Assembly (NCBI GenBank): GCA_043812655.1
Contig: JBDRLW010000024.1
Coordinates: 1-44,285, forward strand
From: a bacterium
GTDB lineage: Bacteria > Margulisbacteria > WOR-1 > O2-12-FULL-45-9 > XYB2-FULL-48-7
Direction of reading: 5' to 3'
Length of the DNA stretch: 44,285 nt
Shown here: piece after piece, positions 1 to 9,595 of the stretch
Numbering within the stretch: position 1 is the stretch's first letter
How the letters are laid out: each line of letters starts with the position of its first letter
The notes under the pieces: model-generated
Told to the model about the DNA's origin: nothing
Seen by the model: the letters and a program-made list of their open reading frames with translations, nothing else
The model's database searches: none
Made by a program: the position numbers and the translations under genes

Positions 1-518
1 GCCCAGTTAACCGCTTTTTTGACGAAGTTCCGCTCATCGGTCGAATATTTTTCAATTAAAAGAAAGAATGGAAGGAATTTCTCATCTGGCGCTTTTTTAT
101 CATGTACGGCCAGGCAAGCCATCATCACAAACCCAGCGCGACGAACAAATTCTTTATTGCTCTTTGTCCACTGTTTGGCTTTTTGGTAGGCGTACGGTGT
201 TTTATCAAACAGGTTCGAACAAACTTGATCACAGATATCCCACGAATCAAAATCTCGAGCCCATTTTTCCATCTGCTTTGTGGTCACCAGTTTATGATCA
301 TCAATAAATCCGGCCAATAATCTCGCTTCATGGATTTTGGTCTGCCATAACTCTGCCGCCAGCTGATGGTCCTTCCCTATCTTCTTCGCCATTCCGCGCA
401 ATATCGGAATGCTAATCCCTTGAGTATTTTTCGGATTAATCCCAAACCTTGCCATTCCAGCGATGTTTTTGGGGCTGGAGTGTTTCTTGAGCTCTTGAAT
501 AATCTCTACCTTATTCAT
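1..518 (-). CDS. DNA alkylation repair protein, AlkD family (3' end runs off the window)
   Basis: Hand translation, not in the ORF track: MNKVEIIQELKKHSSPKNIAGMARFGIN...FDSWDICDQVC...EFVRRAGF...DERNFVKKAVNW, typical AlkD HEAT-like motifs; the frame is open to base 1. Confidence 0.88.
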   Translation of the reverse strand, partial: MNKVEIIQELKKHSSPKNIAGMARFGINPKNTQGISIPILRGMAKKIGKDHQLAAELWQTKIHEARLLAGFIDDHKLVTTKQMEKWARDFDSWDICDQVCSNLFDKTPYAYQKAKQWTKSNKEFVRRAGFVMMACLAVHDKKAPDEKFLPFFLLIEKYSTDERNFVKKAVNW

Positions 519-557
519 AATTTGTAACTCAAAATATTATATAATATAATTCACATA

Positions 558-725
558 ATGAAAGGAGAAAATACAACTATGATATACGGATTAGCTTTTC
601 TTGGCGCGGCGGTTTATTACATCCAGCGGGCAACCTCTTTTGCAGCCGGGGTGATCGGCATATTGAAAGCTATGGTTTGGCCGGCAGTTTTGGTTTATAG
701 GTTGCTTGAGTTCCTAAAGATATAA
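558..725 (+). CDS. Small membrane protein, 55 aa (alternative start at 579)
   Basis: MKGENTTMIYGLAFLGAAVYYIQRATSFAAGVIGILKAMVWPAVLVYRLLEFLKI*; two hydrophobic segments; AAGGAG lies upstream of the ATG at 579; below the ORF-track cutoff. Confidence 0.7.
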   Translation: MKGENTTMIYGLAFLGAAVYYIQRATSFAAGVIGILKAMVWPAVLVYRLLEFLKI

Positions 726-743
726 CTTCCAAATCACATGCGC

Positions 744-780
744 CAAATTACAAACAATTCCAAATACCAAAAGTTTAAAT
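744..780. repeat. A-rich left arm of an inverted repeat bracketing the four-helix-bundle gene
   Basis: CAAATTACAAACAATTCCAAATACCAAAAGTTTAAAT is an imperfect reverse complement of 1277-1325; a second copy lies at about 868-903. Confidence 0.7.
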
Positions 781-849
781 AATTAAACGAATATCTCGTC
801 ACTTCAATTTGTTTTCATCGTGGCAATAAAGTTGTTATAGGACTACATC

Positions 850-1275
850 ATGACTGATGAAAGCCCCAAATTACAAATGCCAAATGACAAACAATACCAA
901 AGTAACAATAATCCAAATAATAAACAACCCTATGACCTGGAAGAACGGACACTTACATATGCAAAAGCCGTAAATGAATATGTTAAGAAATTACCCTGGA
1001 ACATTTCAAACAGTGAAAACGGCAAACAATTAGTTAGGGCGGCCGGATCGGTTGGGGCTAATTATATTGAAGCCAATGAAGCGCTAAGCAAGAAAGACTT
1101 TGGCCTGAGAATAAAAATCTCTCGTAAGGAAGCGAAAGAAAGCCGCTACTGGCTTTTTCTCACTGAGCCAAACAAAACCAAAATTATTATAAAAGATAAA
1201 TTAATTAAAGAAGCTGGAGAATTAACAAAAATACTTAGCGCTATCCTTCTAAAATGTACCTATTTTAAGTTTTAG
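850..1275 (+). CDS. Four-helix-bundle protein (23S rRNA intervening-sequence protein / TIGR02436-like)
   Basis: YDLEERT...KQLVRAAGSVGANYIEANEALSKKDF...ISRKEAKESRYWL signature. The true start is uncertain because the N-terminus is repeat-encoded. Confidence 0.9.
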   Translation: MTDESPKLQMPNDKQYQSNNNPNNKQPYDLEERTLTYAKAVNEYVKKLPWNISNSENGKQLVRAAGSVGANYIEANEALSKKDFGLRIKISRKEAKESRYWLFLTEPNKTKIIIKDKLIKEAGELTKILSAILLKCTYFKF

Positions 1276-1276
1276 A

Positions 1277-1325
1277 ATTTAAATTTTGGTATTGTTTGTT
1301 ATTTGTTGCTTGTTATTTGTAATTT
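1277..1325. repeat. T-rich right arm of the inverted repeat (degenerate heptamers)
   Basis: ATTTAAATTTTGGTATTGTTTGTTATTTGTTGCTTGTTATTTGTAATTT pairs with 744-780 and 868-903. Confidence 0.75.
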
Positions 1326-1337
1326 ACACCCGTATCT

Positions 1338-1366
1338 TTGATTTTCCCCGTCATATCTGATAATAT
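1338..1366 (+). promoter_or_regulatory. Sigma-70-type promoter, probably leaderless udg
   Basis: TTGATT-N17-TAATAT with an extended TG; 7 nt between the -10 and the ATG at 1374; no Shine-Dalgarno (SD) sequence. Confidence 0.55.
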
Positions 1367-1373
1367 TTCACCC

Positions 1374-1997
1374 ATGGATCTTTCCAAACTCTCATACCCA
1401 GAAATCGAACAGCTCGCGCAGAACTGCACCAAATGTCAACTAGCCAAGGGCCGGACAAAAGTCGTTTTTGGTAATGGTCCTGTCCCTTGCGACCTAATGC
1501 TGATCGGCGAAGCGCCGGGCGCGGATGAAGATATTCAAGGCCTTCCCTTCGTCGGCCGAGCGGGACAATTATTGACGCAAATCTTGGCCTCCGTTGGCAT
1601 CAAACGGCCGGACAATATTTATATCGCCAACACAGTTAAATGCCGGCCGCCGGAAAATCGGGCACCGTTGCCAGCTGAACAAGCAGCTTGCGAGCCTTTT
1701 CTCCAAGCCCAGATCAGGCTGGTTAAGCCAAAAATAATTTTGCTGGCTGGCACGCCGGCGGTTAAAGCGATCCTGAAGATCAATGAACCGATCACCGGCC
1801 TGCGCGGTAAATGGTTAAAATTACCAGGGACAGAGATCGCCGTCATGCCCCTCTTCCACCCGGCGTATCTTTTGCGCAACCCGTCAAAAGAAAAAGGAAA
1901 ACCGAAATGGCTCACCTGGCAAGATATGATCGAAGTCAAGAACGCGCTCGATTATCATAAGAAGGTCGCTCAGCTCGCAAAGGAAGGCACGGCTTAA
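1374..1997 (+). CDS. udg: Uracil-DNA glycosylase, family 4 (4Fe-4S)
   Basis: CTKCQL, GEAPGADED, PFVGRAG, KCRPPENR and HPAYLLRN motifs. Confidence 0.95.
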   Translation: MDLSKLSYPEIEQLAQNCTKCQLAKGRTKVVFGNGPVPCDLMLIGEAPGADEDIQGLPFVGRAGQLLTQILASVGIKRPDNIYIANTVKCRPPENRAPLPAEQAACEPFLQAQIRLVKPKIILLAGTPAVKAILKINEPITGLRGKWLKLPGTEIAVMPLFHPAYLLRNPSKEKGKPKWLTWQDMIEVKNALDYHKKVAQLAKEGTA

Positions 1998-2003
1998 AAT
2001 TCA

Positions 2004-2125
2004 AACTTCAAACTGTAAACTACCAAACAAATCCCAACAAATAATTTCTAAATCCCAAAATTATTGGAAATTGGAGTTTGTGTTTTGATTATTATTTTGA
2101 AGTTTGCCGTTTGTAGTTTGAAGTT
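2004..2125. repeat. Intergenic long imperfect hairpin built of degenerate heptamers (empty element)
   Basis: AACTTCAAACTGTAAAC (2004-2020) pairs with GTTTGTAGTTTGAAGTT (2109-2125); A-rich left half and T-rich right half. Confidence 0.75.
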
Positions 2126-2130
2126 ACACC

Positions 2131-3171
2131 ATGAGTAAAGTTTTCTTCACTAAAGACGTCAACAATGTCGCTTCACTTTTCGACGCCGCGGGATTTAAAT
2201 CCATTATTTCACCGGAAGATTTTGTCGCGTTAAAAATTCACTTCGGCGAAAAAGGAAATACTGCGTACATCAAACCCGACCGTGTTAAACCGATCATCGA
2301 TAAAGTCAAAGTGGCAGGCGGACATCCCTTTTGGACCGATTCTAATACGCTCTATAAAGGTTCACGTGGCACCGCGCTTACTCATCTCTCAACCGCTTTT
2401 GACCACGGCTATACTTTTGAGAACACCGGAGCCCACGTTGTCATCGCCGATGGCTTGGAAGGGAAACAAAACCATAAGCTCCCAGTTAACCTAAAATATT
2501 TCAAGGAAGTTCTTGTCGGTGGGGTCGTGATCGAAAGCGATGCGTTGATCGCTCTGACCCATTTTAAAGGCCACGAAGTCGCCGGGTTTGGCGGCGCCAT
2601 CAAAAATATCAGCATGGGTTTTGCCAGCCGAGCCGGCAAACAACAGATGCACTCCGACCTTAAGCCTTTTGTTGATGAAACAAACTGTACTTCGTGCGGT
2701 AAATGCATTAAGTGGTGCCCGACCAATGCCATTAATTTTGCCGAAAATAAAAAAGCCTTTATTAATCTAAGTAAATGCATTGGCTGTGGCGAATGCGTCG
2801 CGGCTTGTCGTTTTGATGCGATCGGCATTAATTGGCAAGGCGAGCCTGATATCGTCCAGAAAAAAATGGCCGAGTATGCTTACGGTATCACCAAACACTT
2901 TAAGCATAAAACAGCGTTTATTAATTTTATTACCGATGTCTCACCCAATTGCGACTGCTTCCCCAATAATGACACGCCGATCATTCCAGACGTCGGGATC
3001 TTAGCCTCAAGCGACCCAGTGGCGATCGATCAAGCCAGCATCGATCTGGTCAACAAATCCGCCGGCAAAGATATTTTACGGGAAATCCACGGAGTCGATT
3101 GGAGCGTCCAACTCAAATATGCCGAAGAGATCGGCTTAGGTAGCAGAGAGTACGAGCTTGTGGTAAAATGA
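2131..3171 (+). CDS. DUF362 family Fe-S protein with a 2x[4Fe-4S] ferredoxin insert
   Basis: KIHFGEKGN, THFKGH, GGAIKN, CTSCGKCIKWCP, CIGCGECVAACR, SPNCDC, DPVAIDQA. Confidence 0.9.
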   Translation: MSKVFFTKDVNNVASLFDAAGFKSIISPEDFVALKIHFGEKGNTAYIKPDRVKPIIDKVKVAGGHPFWTDSNTLYKGSRGTALTHLSTAFDHGYTFENTGAHVVIADGLEGKQNHKLPVNLKYFKEVLVGGVVIESDALIALTHFKGHEVAGFGGAIKNISMGFASRAGKQQMHSDLKPFVDETNCTSCGKCIKWCPTNAINFAENKKAFINLSKCIGCGECVAACRFDAIGINWQGEPDIVQKKMAEYAYGITKHFKHKTAFINFITDVSPNCDCFPNNDTPIIPDVGILASSDPVAIDQASIDLVNKSAGKDILREIHGVDWSVQLKYAEEIGLGSREYELVVK

Positions 3172-3186
3172 CCGTCGGGCGTTGAT

Positions 3187-3257
3187 CGGTAGCGAAATGG
3201 GAATCGTAATGCGAATCGCGTAACGCGTTTCGCCCATCGTTTCACCCTTCGCTACCG
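3187..3257. repeat. Long imperfect palindrome (RNA hairpin) between the DUF362 gene and pta
   Basis: CGGTAGCGAA/TTCGCTACCG outer stem, ATGGG/CCCAT, and an inner GCGAA-TCGCG-TAA-CGCGT-TTCGC; no U-tract. Confidence 0.6.
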
Positions 3258-3292
3258 CCCAACTCTAATCGCATGATCAGAAAGGACTTACC

Positions 3293-4288
3293 GTGGACTT
3301 TATAAACGAAACTTGGAACAAAGCTAAAAAATTAAATAAAACGATCGTCCTCCCCGAAACTGAAGACGCCAGGGTCCTTAAAGCCGCCGAATTGATCACC
3401 AAATCTAAATTAGCTAAGATCATTCTGATCGGTAATAAAGATAATTTTAAGAACGTGGCCGGCGCCGGCGATGTCGACCTGTCACAAACAACCATTATTG
3501 ATCCCCTAAAATTCGCTAACATCGATAAATACGTCCAGATCTTAAAAGATAAACGTGCCGCTAAAGGAATGACGATCGAAAAAGCCAGACAGCTCCTAAC
3601 CCGCGATTACCCCTACTTTGGCGCGATGCTGGTTGCCCAAGGTGATGCTGATGGGATGGTCTCTGGAGCGACACATTATACGGCCGATACTTTACGCGCG
3701 GTCATCAATTGTATTGGCAAAGCGCCTGGCCAATCGATCATCTCCAGTTTCTTTGTGATGGTCTTGCCAGACAACAACTTTGGTGAAAATGGTGTTTTAT
3801 TTTATGCTGACTGCGGGATCATTCCCAATCCAACAGCCGAACAATTGGCTGATATCGCGATCCAGACCGCGGATTCCTTTAAAAAGCTGATCGGCACTAA
3901 CCCTAAGGTCGCGATGCTCTCTTTTTCAACCAAAACTTCGGCTGTCCATCCTGATGTTGATAAAGTGATCAACGCGACCAAAATAGCTAAAACCAAAAAA
4001 CCGGATCTTTTACTTGATGGTGAATTACAACTTGATGCCGCCCTGATCCCGCAGATCGGTATCCGCAAAGCTCCGGGCAGCCTGGTCGCCGGCAAAGCCA
4101 ATATTTTGATCTTCCCTGACCTTGATGCCGGCAATATTGGTTATAAAATAACGGAACGACTGGCCCACGCCCAGGCATTTGGCCCGCTCCTCCAAGGTGA
4201 AGCAAAAGTTGTGAATGACCTATCGCGCGGCTGCAGCGTTGAGGATATCGTGAATATTACGGCAATTACCGCGGTCCAGGCGCAGTAG
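3293..4288 (+). CDS. pta: Phosphate acetyltransferase
   Basis: IVLPE, ADGMVSGA, AMLSFST, DGELQLDAA, FPDLDAGNIGYK, NDLSRGCS; GTG start after AAAGGA. Confidence 0.96.
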   Translation: MDFINETWNKAKKLNKTIVLPETEDARVLKAAELITKSKLAKIILIGNKDNFKNVAGAGDVDLSQTTIIDPLKFANIDKYVQILKDKRAAKGMTIEKARQLLTRDYPYFGAMLVAQGDADGMVSGATHYTADTLRAVINCIGKAPGQSIISSFFVMVLPDNNFGENGVLFYADCGIIPNPTAEQLADIAIQTADSFKKLIGTNPKVAMLSFSTKTSAVHPDVDKVINATKIAKTKKPDLLLDGELQLDAALIPQIGIRKAPGSLVAGKANILIFPDLDAGNIGYKITERLAHAQAFGPLLQGEAKVVNDLSRGCSVEDIVNITAITAVQAQ

Positions 4289-4312
4289 TTTTCTCTGGTT
4301 CTAAAATTAGCT

Positions 4313-4339
4313 GAAATTTATTTCTCCAGATGTTGATAG
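4313..4339 (+). promoter_or_regulatory. Putative sigma-28 (FliA)-type promoter
   Basis: GAAA-N15-GTTGATAG versus the consensus TAAA-N15-GCCGATAA. Confidence 0.45.
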
Positions 4340-4371
4340 ATTAGCGGATAAGCTTTAAAGTTTATCTTTTT

Positions 4372-6747
4372 ATGTCAAACCTTTTATTAAAGAAGCTTGG
4401 TTTTGCGCAACCGACTCGCCTTGCTTCTCATCCCAGAATGCCCCGCGAGCGCACGGTTAGTTCCGGGCAACTACAGGCTAGCTGCCAGATGTTAATCAAC
4501 TTGGGTATCCCGCCAACACAGCAAATCACTTGCCATACTTCTAATAAGGGTTCATCTATTTTTAATAATTCCCGCGATAAAAGGCCTTTGCCGCCAGCGG
4601 TAAAAGCGCACGAAGTTGCCGCTTGTCCTGTCTGTGAACAGATGAAGACGCCGGTTTGGACCTGGCGTATGACTGGAGGCAAACTATTGTCCGCTTACCG
4701 GCCGGACCGTCCGCACCTGCCCGAACAGGTCAACATCCCGCTTTCGATGCTGCATAAAACTAATGTTCGCGATCTCGAACCAGCTGAATTTATCGCGACA
4801 CTCCTTTTTGCCCGGCAGATCATTAATGAACAGATCATGAAGGTCCCGGGCTCCGATCCGGTCGCTTATATCCATCTGGGAGCGGTCGGCTCTTCGATCG
4901 TCCATCCGATCATGGTGATCGGCAGTATTATTTCAACCGCGATCTACAGCAGCCGTCTCCGTTTTGAATCATCAGCCTATTATTGGGAACAACAATTAAC
5001 GCCGCGGGACATCATCTGGGAATCAAACCGGGAGATAATTGAGGGGAAACTTAGTTCCTGCTTAATAAGTAAGATCGGCGGTAATCACAATATCAACCGC
5101 GGCTGGCTCCTCCACTCGCCTTTTACGCCTCTTTCACCATTTCATGTCAGGATCAGTGCTCTCCAAGAAGGGACTTATAACCTTTCTCGGCTTTCCGACG
5201 ACCAGATCGTCTCGCTCGGCTATTCGATCTGGCTGGCCCTCAACCTGCTCGGTAAATTGACCGATGCCCAGGGTTATCAGGCCTTTAACAACTTCTCCAT
5301 TAATTTTGAAATGCTTCCGCCCGGAAAGGACCGGGAGTGTACAAAAGCGCGGATGTACGTCGATATTGTCCCCCAAGAAAGCCGGTGGGCAAGCATGGAG
5401 ATCATCGGTTTACCGATCACTTTCCACCCTGATACTGTCGCTTCGATCTTAAGGGAACAGCTCCCTTCCCACGAAACTTTACCGATCGAAAATATAAGCC
5501 AGTTGCCCGACGCCTCCGTCACTCAATTATCCCAATTAGACGCTTCTTTTGACCACTTCGGCCTCCGTCCTTTAAAACGCTTCATCCGCTTCGACGCCAA
5601 AACAGATACACATTGGGTCTCGACCGAAAGCGGTGATATCCGAATAGAAACGCGTTACAAATGGATCGAGCATCCTTTGGGCTCCTGGACCACTTTAATC
5701 GTCCCTGAAGGCTGGAGTTCTGGAGTCTCTCAAATTGATTATCCTTCCGCCTTTCGGCCCAGCGAGGAAAAATGTTTCGCTTGCGATCCTACCAATCTCG
5801 CCTATCCGCACTATCAGCTGGAAATAAAACCCGGGGTTAAGGTCAAATTAGTTACTAATGCCTTTGGTTTTGCCGGCGGAAGCAAAGTGGTTGATGACCA
5901 GCCGTTTTCCGGAGAAGTTGAAGTCCTTTTAGGAGGTGACCTTGCAGAACTCTCGACCTACCCTTCACATCTTCTTGCCTTCGCCCCGGAACATATCGTT
6001 AACCTAGGCCAGATCAAAAAAGAACATATTCGGGCGATCATGCGGATCTGGCACTCTGCCGCTTTGCAATTATTCGGCAAGAATCAGAACAATGATCGTT
6101 TAGCTTGTTTTATTAATTTAGGCGTCGAGGCTGGCGCTTCACTGCCCCATTTCCATACCCAAATGGTAGAGATCCCAGCCAATGCCGCCGGGATCATTGA
6201 GAACCAAATAGCACTGGTGGACGCCGAGGGAAGATTGATCATTGATGAGAAAGACAATCCCTACAATCGCGCTCAGGGGCTGGCGATCAATCCCGAAAAG
6301 ATATCCGCCCGCGACCTGATCGGTGAAACGCTGGAAAATCTGCGGCAGAAAAACCTTGTCCTTTTTGAAAATGAAGATCTAGTCGTCCATGTGGAAAGCG
6401 CCCCCCGTTTTCCCTACGAAGTTGTGGTCCGCGCTAAACGTCCCGGCGCTAACCAAGTTAAATATTTAACGCCCGGCGAGAGCTCTTCTTTTGCTAAAGC
6501 GATGTACTTGGTCAAGTCCGCGTATGAAAAAATGGGGGTCAACGACCTTAATCTTATGGATGAGTCGGCGCAAAATAATAACCGCCGATCTTGCTGGCGC
6601 TACGGGGTCCGTTTTATGCCGCGGCGGATCGGAGATAAAGTAAAAAGGATCGGCCCGCTCGACCTCAAAGGGATCTGGCTAGTTCCGGTCTCGCCGGAAT
6701 TGGCTTGGGAAAACTTGAACAGGATATTGCAAAAGTTGGAGCTTTAA
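4372..6747 (+). CDS. Tandem GalT/HIT-superfamily nucleotidyltransferase-like protein (two GalT units)
   Basis: C-terminal unit: CFAC, NLGVEAGASLPHFHTQ (HxHxQ), SAPRFPYEV, PVSPE. N-terminal unit: CPVC, HLGAVGSSIVHPIMV, SPFTPLSPFHV, FHPDTVASILR. Confidence 0.7.
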   Translation: MSNLLLKKLGFAQPTRLASHPRMPRERTVSSGQLQASCQMLINLGIPPTQQITCHTSNKGSSIFNNSRDKRPLPPAVKAHEVAACPVCEQMKTPVWTWRMTGGKLLSAYRPDRPHLPEQVNIPLSMLHKTNVRDLEPAEFIATLLFARQIINEQIMKVPGSDPVAYIHLGAVGSSIVHPIMVIGSIISTAIYSSRLRFESSAYYWEQQLTPRDIIWESNREIIEGKLSSCLISKIGGNHNINRGWLLHSPFTPLSPFHVRISALQEGTYNLSRLSDDQIVSLGYSIWLALNLLGKLTDAQGYQAFNNFSINFEMLPPGKDRECTKARMYVDIVPQESRWASMEIIGLPITFHPDTVASILREQLPSHETLPIENISQLPDASVTQLSQLDASFDHFGLRPLKRFIRFDAKTDTHWVSTESGDIRIETRYKWIEHPLGSWTTLIVPEGWSSGVSQIDYPSAFRPSEEKCFACDPTNLAYPHYQLEIKPGVKVKLVTNAFGFAGGSKVVDDQPFSGEVEVLLGGDLAELSTYPSHLLAFAPEHIVNLGQIKKEHIRAIMRIWHSAALQLFGKNQNNDRLACFINLGVEAGASLPHFHTQMVEIPANAAGIIENQIALVDAEGRLIIDEKDNPYNRAQGLAINPEKISARDLIGETLENLRQKNLVLFENEDLVVHVESAPRFPYEVVVRAKRPGANQVKYLTPGESSSFAKAMYLVKSAYEKMGVNDLNLMDESAQNNNRRSCWRYGVRFMPRRIGDKVKRIGPLDLKGIWLVPVSPELAWENLNRILQKLEL

Positions 6748-7754
6748 CGTCGAGCCCACTCTTTCTCGAATTGTTTGAAGTCGGCCTGTTTTTCTTTGAT
6801 CTTTTTCCACCACTCCTGGTTAGTTTTATACCAGGCGATAGTTTTAGCCAAACCAGCCTCAAAATTTGTTTTTGGCTTCCAGCCTAATTTGCCGACCTTG
6901 GAACAATCGATCGAGTAGCGGCGGTCATGTCCGGGACGATCTTTGACCGATTCAATAAAATCGGCAGACAATCCTAATTCTTTTAAAATAAAATTAGTAA
7001 TTTCAATATTTTGGCGCTCGTTGCCGCCGCCAATATTATAGACTTCACCAACTTGACCTTCTGCCAAGACTAAATCAATCGCCTCGCAGTTATCTTCAAC
7101 GTATAACCAATCTCGGACATTCTTCCCATCACCATAGAGAGGCAATTTTTTCCCTTGCAAAGCATTCGTCACAAAGAACGGGATCACTTTTTCCGGGTAT
7201 TGATAAGCGCCGTAATTGTTTGACGACCGGGTGATGATTACGGGCAAATTGAATGTTTTGAAATAGGAACGGACAACCAAATCGCCACCTGCTTTGGACG
7301 CGGCATAAGGCGAGTTGGGACTCAAGGTCGATTCTTCGGTAAATGACCCTTTATCAATACTGCCGTAAACTTCATCGGTCGAAATATGGAGATAACGCTT
7401 GACCCCATATTTTTTGACCGCTTCAAGGAGTGTATAAGTCCCATAAACATCGGTTTGGACAAATGAACCCGCTGACATGATCGACCGGTCAACGTGGGTT
7501 TCGGCCGCGAAGTTAACGATCATCCCATCCGGTCCCAGCTTAGCCACAGCTTCTTCCACTATTTTTTGGTCGCAGATGTCCCCTTGGACAAAAGAATACT
7601 TGGGATTGCTGGAAAGATGTATTAGATTATCGAGGTTGCCAGCGTAAGTCAGCTTATCAAAATTGATCACTTCCCAATCAGGATGCTTCCCCATAATGTA
7701 ACGGATAAAGTTACTCCCAATAAAGCCAGCGCCACCGGTAACTATCAATTTCAT
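6744..7754 (-). CDS. rfbB: dTDP-glucose 4,6-dehydratase
   Basis: TGGAGFIG, FAAETHVDRSI, STDEVYG, YAASK, DRPGHDRRY. Confidence 0.96.
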   Translation of the reverse strand: MKLIVTGGAGFIGSNFIRYIMGKHPDWEVINFDKLTYAGNLDNLIHLSSNPKYSFVQGDICDQKIVEEAVAKLGPDGMIVNFAAETHVDRSIMSAGSFVQTDVYGTYTLLEAVKKYGVKRYLHISTDEVYGSIDKGSFTEESTLSPNSPYAASKAGGDLVVRSYFKTFNLPVIITRSSNNYGAYQYPEKVIPFFVTNALQGKKLPLYGDGKNVRDWLYVEDNCEAIDLVLAEGQVGEVYNIGGGNERQNIEITNFILKELGLSADFIESVKDRPGHDRRYSIDCSKVGKLGWKPKTNFEAGLAKTIAWYKTNQEWWKKIKEKQADFKQFEKEWARR

Positions 7755-8482
7755 ATCTTAATTTTCCCTTCAACTAATAATGAAGCCCGTTCTAGCGACT
7801 CAAATGTCCCCGCGTCGCTCCACCAACCGCTAATGACATCAAAAGTCAGGTCTCCCTTCTTGGCATACCATTGGTTAACATCAGTAATTTCTAATTCACC
7901 GCGGCCAGAAGGTTTTAGCTTTTTCACCATCTCAAAAACAGTCGCATCATAGAAATAAATACCAGTCACCGCGAAATTTGTTTTTGGTTTTTTTGGTTTT
8001 TCTTCGATCGACAGGATCTTGTCCCCTTTAATTTCGATCACGCCAAACCGGTGGGGATCAGAGACTTCTTTAACTAAGATTTTTGCCCCGCTCTTCTGCG
8101 CCTGGTAACTTTCGGCAAAATCCTTGAGGCTGTCCTGAAAAATATTATCGCCTAAAATAACGCACATCCGGTCATCACCCACAAAGTTCTCTGCCAGTCC
8201 AAGCGCTTCGGCGATCCCACCCGCCTGATCTTGGACTTTATAGGTAAATCGGCAGCCAAATCCCTTGCCGCTTCCCAGTAAATTAACAATATCACCCATA
8301 TGGTCAACTCCGGTGACGATTAAGATCTCCTCAACTCCAGCTCCAACCAGCTTTTCGATCGGATGGTAGATCATCGGTTTTCTGCCCACTGGCAAGAGAT
8401 GTTTATTCGTCACCTTGGTCAAAGGATTAAGCCTTGACCCGGTTCCGCCGGCTAAGATAATTCCTTTAAGTTTTTCTTTCAT
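7751..8482 (-). CDS. rfbA: Glucose-1-phosphate thymidylyltransferase (short, SpsI-like)
   Basis: [46 protein letters not shown]. Confidence 0.9.
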   Translation of the reverse strand: MKEKLKGIILAGGTGSRLNPLTKVTNKHLLPVGRKPMIYHPIEKLVGAGVEEILIVTGVDHMGDIVNLLGSGKGFGCRFTYKVQDQAGGIAEALGLAENFVGDDRMCVILGDNIFQDSLKDFAESYQAQKSGAKILVKEVSDPHRFGVIEIKGDKILSIEEKPKKPKTNFAVTGIYFYDATVFEMVKKLKPSGRGELEITDVNQWYAKKGDLTFDVISGWWSDAGTFESLERASLLVEGKIKI

Positions 8483-9201
8483 CCCTTTTTCCCTCCCAAA
8501 ACCTTCTTCTGAACAGCGATCAGATGTTCGATCCCTTTCTCGGCCAGATCAACTAAATGGTTCATACTTTTCTTAGAGAAAGGAACACCTTCGGCTGTCC
8601 CTTGGACTTCAACTAAGTTACCAGATTCGGTCATCACCACGTTCATATCGACTTCGGCGCTGGAATCTTCAACATACGGCAAGTCAACGACCGGCGTCCC
8701 ATCGACGATCCCAACGCTGACGGCCGCGATATATTCATTGATCGGATCAGCTTCTATTTTTCCCTCTTTAAGTAAGTAGCTGACCGCGTCATGCAGCGCG
8801 ACGAACGAACCGGTGATCGAAGCGGTCCTGGTCCCGCCATCGGCTTGGATCACGTCAGCATCGACCAAGATCGTCCTTTCACCTAATTTCTTGAAGTCAA
8901 CCACTGACCGGAGGGCCCGGCCAATTAATCGTTGGATCTCTTGTGTCCGCCCTTTTTGTCCCCTGGTTTCTCGCTGCGAGCGGGTATTGGTCGCCCCTGG
9001 GATCATCGAATATTCAGCCGTTACCCACCCTTCGCCGGAATTCCGCTTATGGTCAGGAACTTTTTCCTGGATAAAAGCGGTGCAGATCACTTTAGTCTCA
9101 CCCATCTCGATCAAAACCGAACCATGAGGATGCTTTAAATATTTTCGGGTTATTTTAACCGGGCGCAGTTGAGTCGGTTGCCGGCCGTCAGCTCGCTTCA
9201 T
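8479..9201 (-). CDS. rph: Ribonuclease PH
   Basis: [41 protein letters not shown]. Confidence 0.97.
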   Translation of the reverse strand: MKRADGRQPTQLRPVKITRKYLKHPHGSVLIEMGETKVICTAFIQEKVPDHKRNSGEGWVTAEYSMIPGATNTRSQRETRGQKGRTQEIQRLIGRALRSVVDFKKLGERTILVDADVIQADGGTRTASITGSFVALHDAVSYLLKEGKIEADPINEYIAAVSVGIVDGTPVVDLPYVEDSSAEVDMNVVMTESGNLVEVQGTAEGVPFSKKSMNHLVDLAEKGIEHLIAVQKKVLGGKKG

Positions 9202-9595
9202 TATTTCCTTTTAACCGGTCACGCCCAGCTTTAACTGTCCGCAAGATCCTGGTCGAAGTCGCTTCAATATTAGCCAAGACCTCATCAGCATATTTATCGG
9301 CCCCATCCCTTATTTCCTTGGCCATCTGATAGGCTTGCTCAATTACTTCGGCCGCTTTATTTTCACCGGTCGGCTTTGGCTGGAGTTCGGAGACTTCAAC
9401 TTTTTCTGTAACCTCTCCACCCTTGCTCCCGATCGCTTTCCTGGCATAATCAGACCCGCCCTGGACAACCAAGCGGATCTTATCGATCACCTTTAACAAC
9501 TCGTCCTCGTTGACCATCACCTTTTTTGAGAACGGGATCTTTGAACCATCCAAAACTATCGACTCAAGAGTATCCAATAATCCTAGAATTTCCAT
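9188..9595 (-). CDS. Conserved coiled-coil protein typically found downstream of coaD
   Basis: LDTLE...[11 protein letters not shown]...[16 protein letters not shown] pattern; translationally coupled within the rsmD-coaD-X-rph run. Confidence 0.7.
   Translation of the reverse strand: MEILGLLDTLESIVLDGSKIPFSKKVMVNEDELLKVIDKIRLVVQGGSDYARKAIGSKGGEVTEKVEVSELQPKPTGENKAAEVIEQAYQMAKEIRDGADKYADEVLANIEATSTRILRTVKAGRDRLKGNNEAS

Noticed and set aside
68..320. Plus-strand ORFs 68..307 and 102..320
   Set aside because: Antisense shadows of the minus-strand AlkD-family gene.
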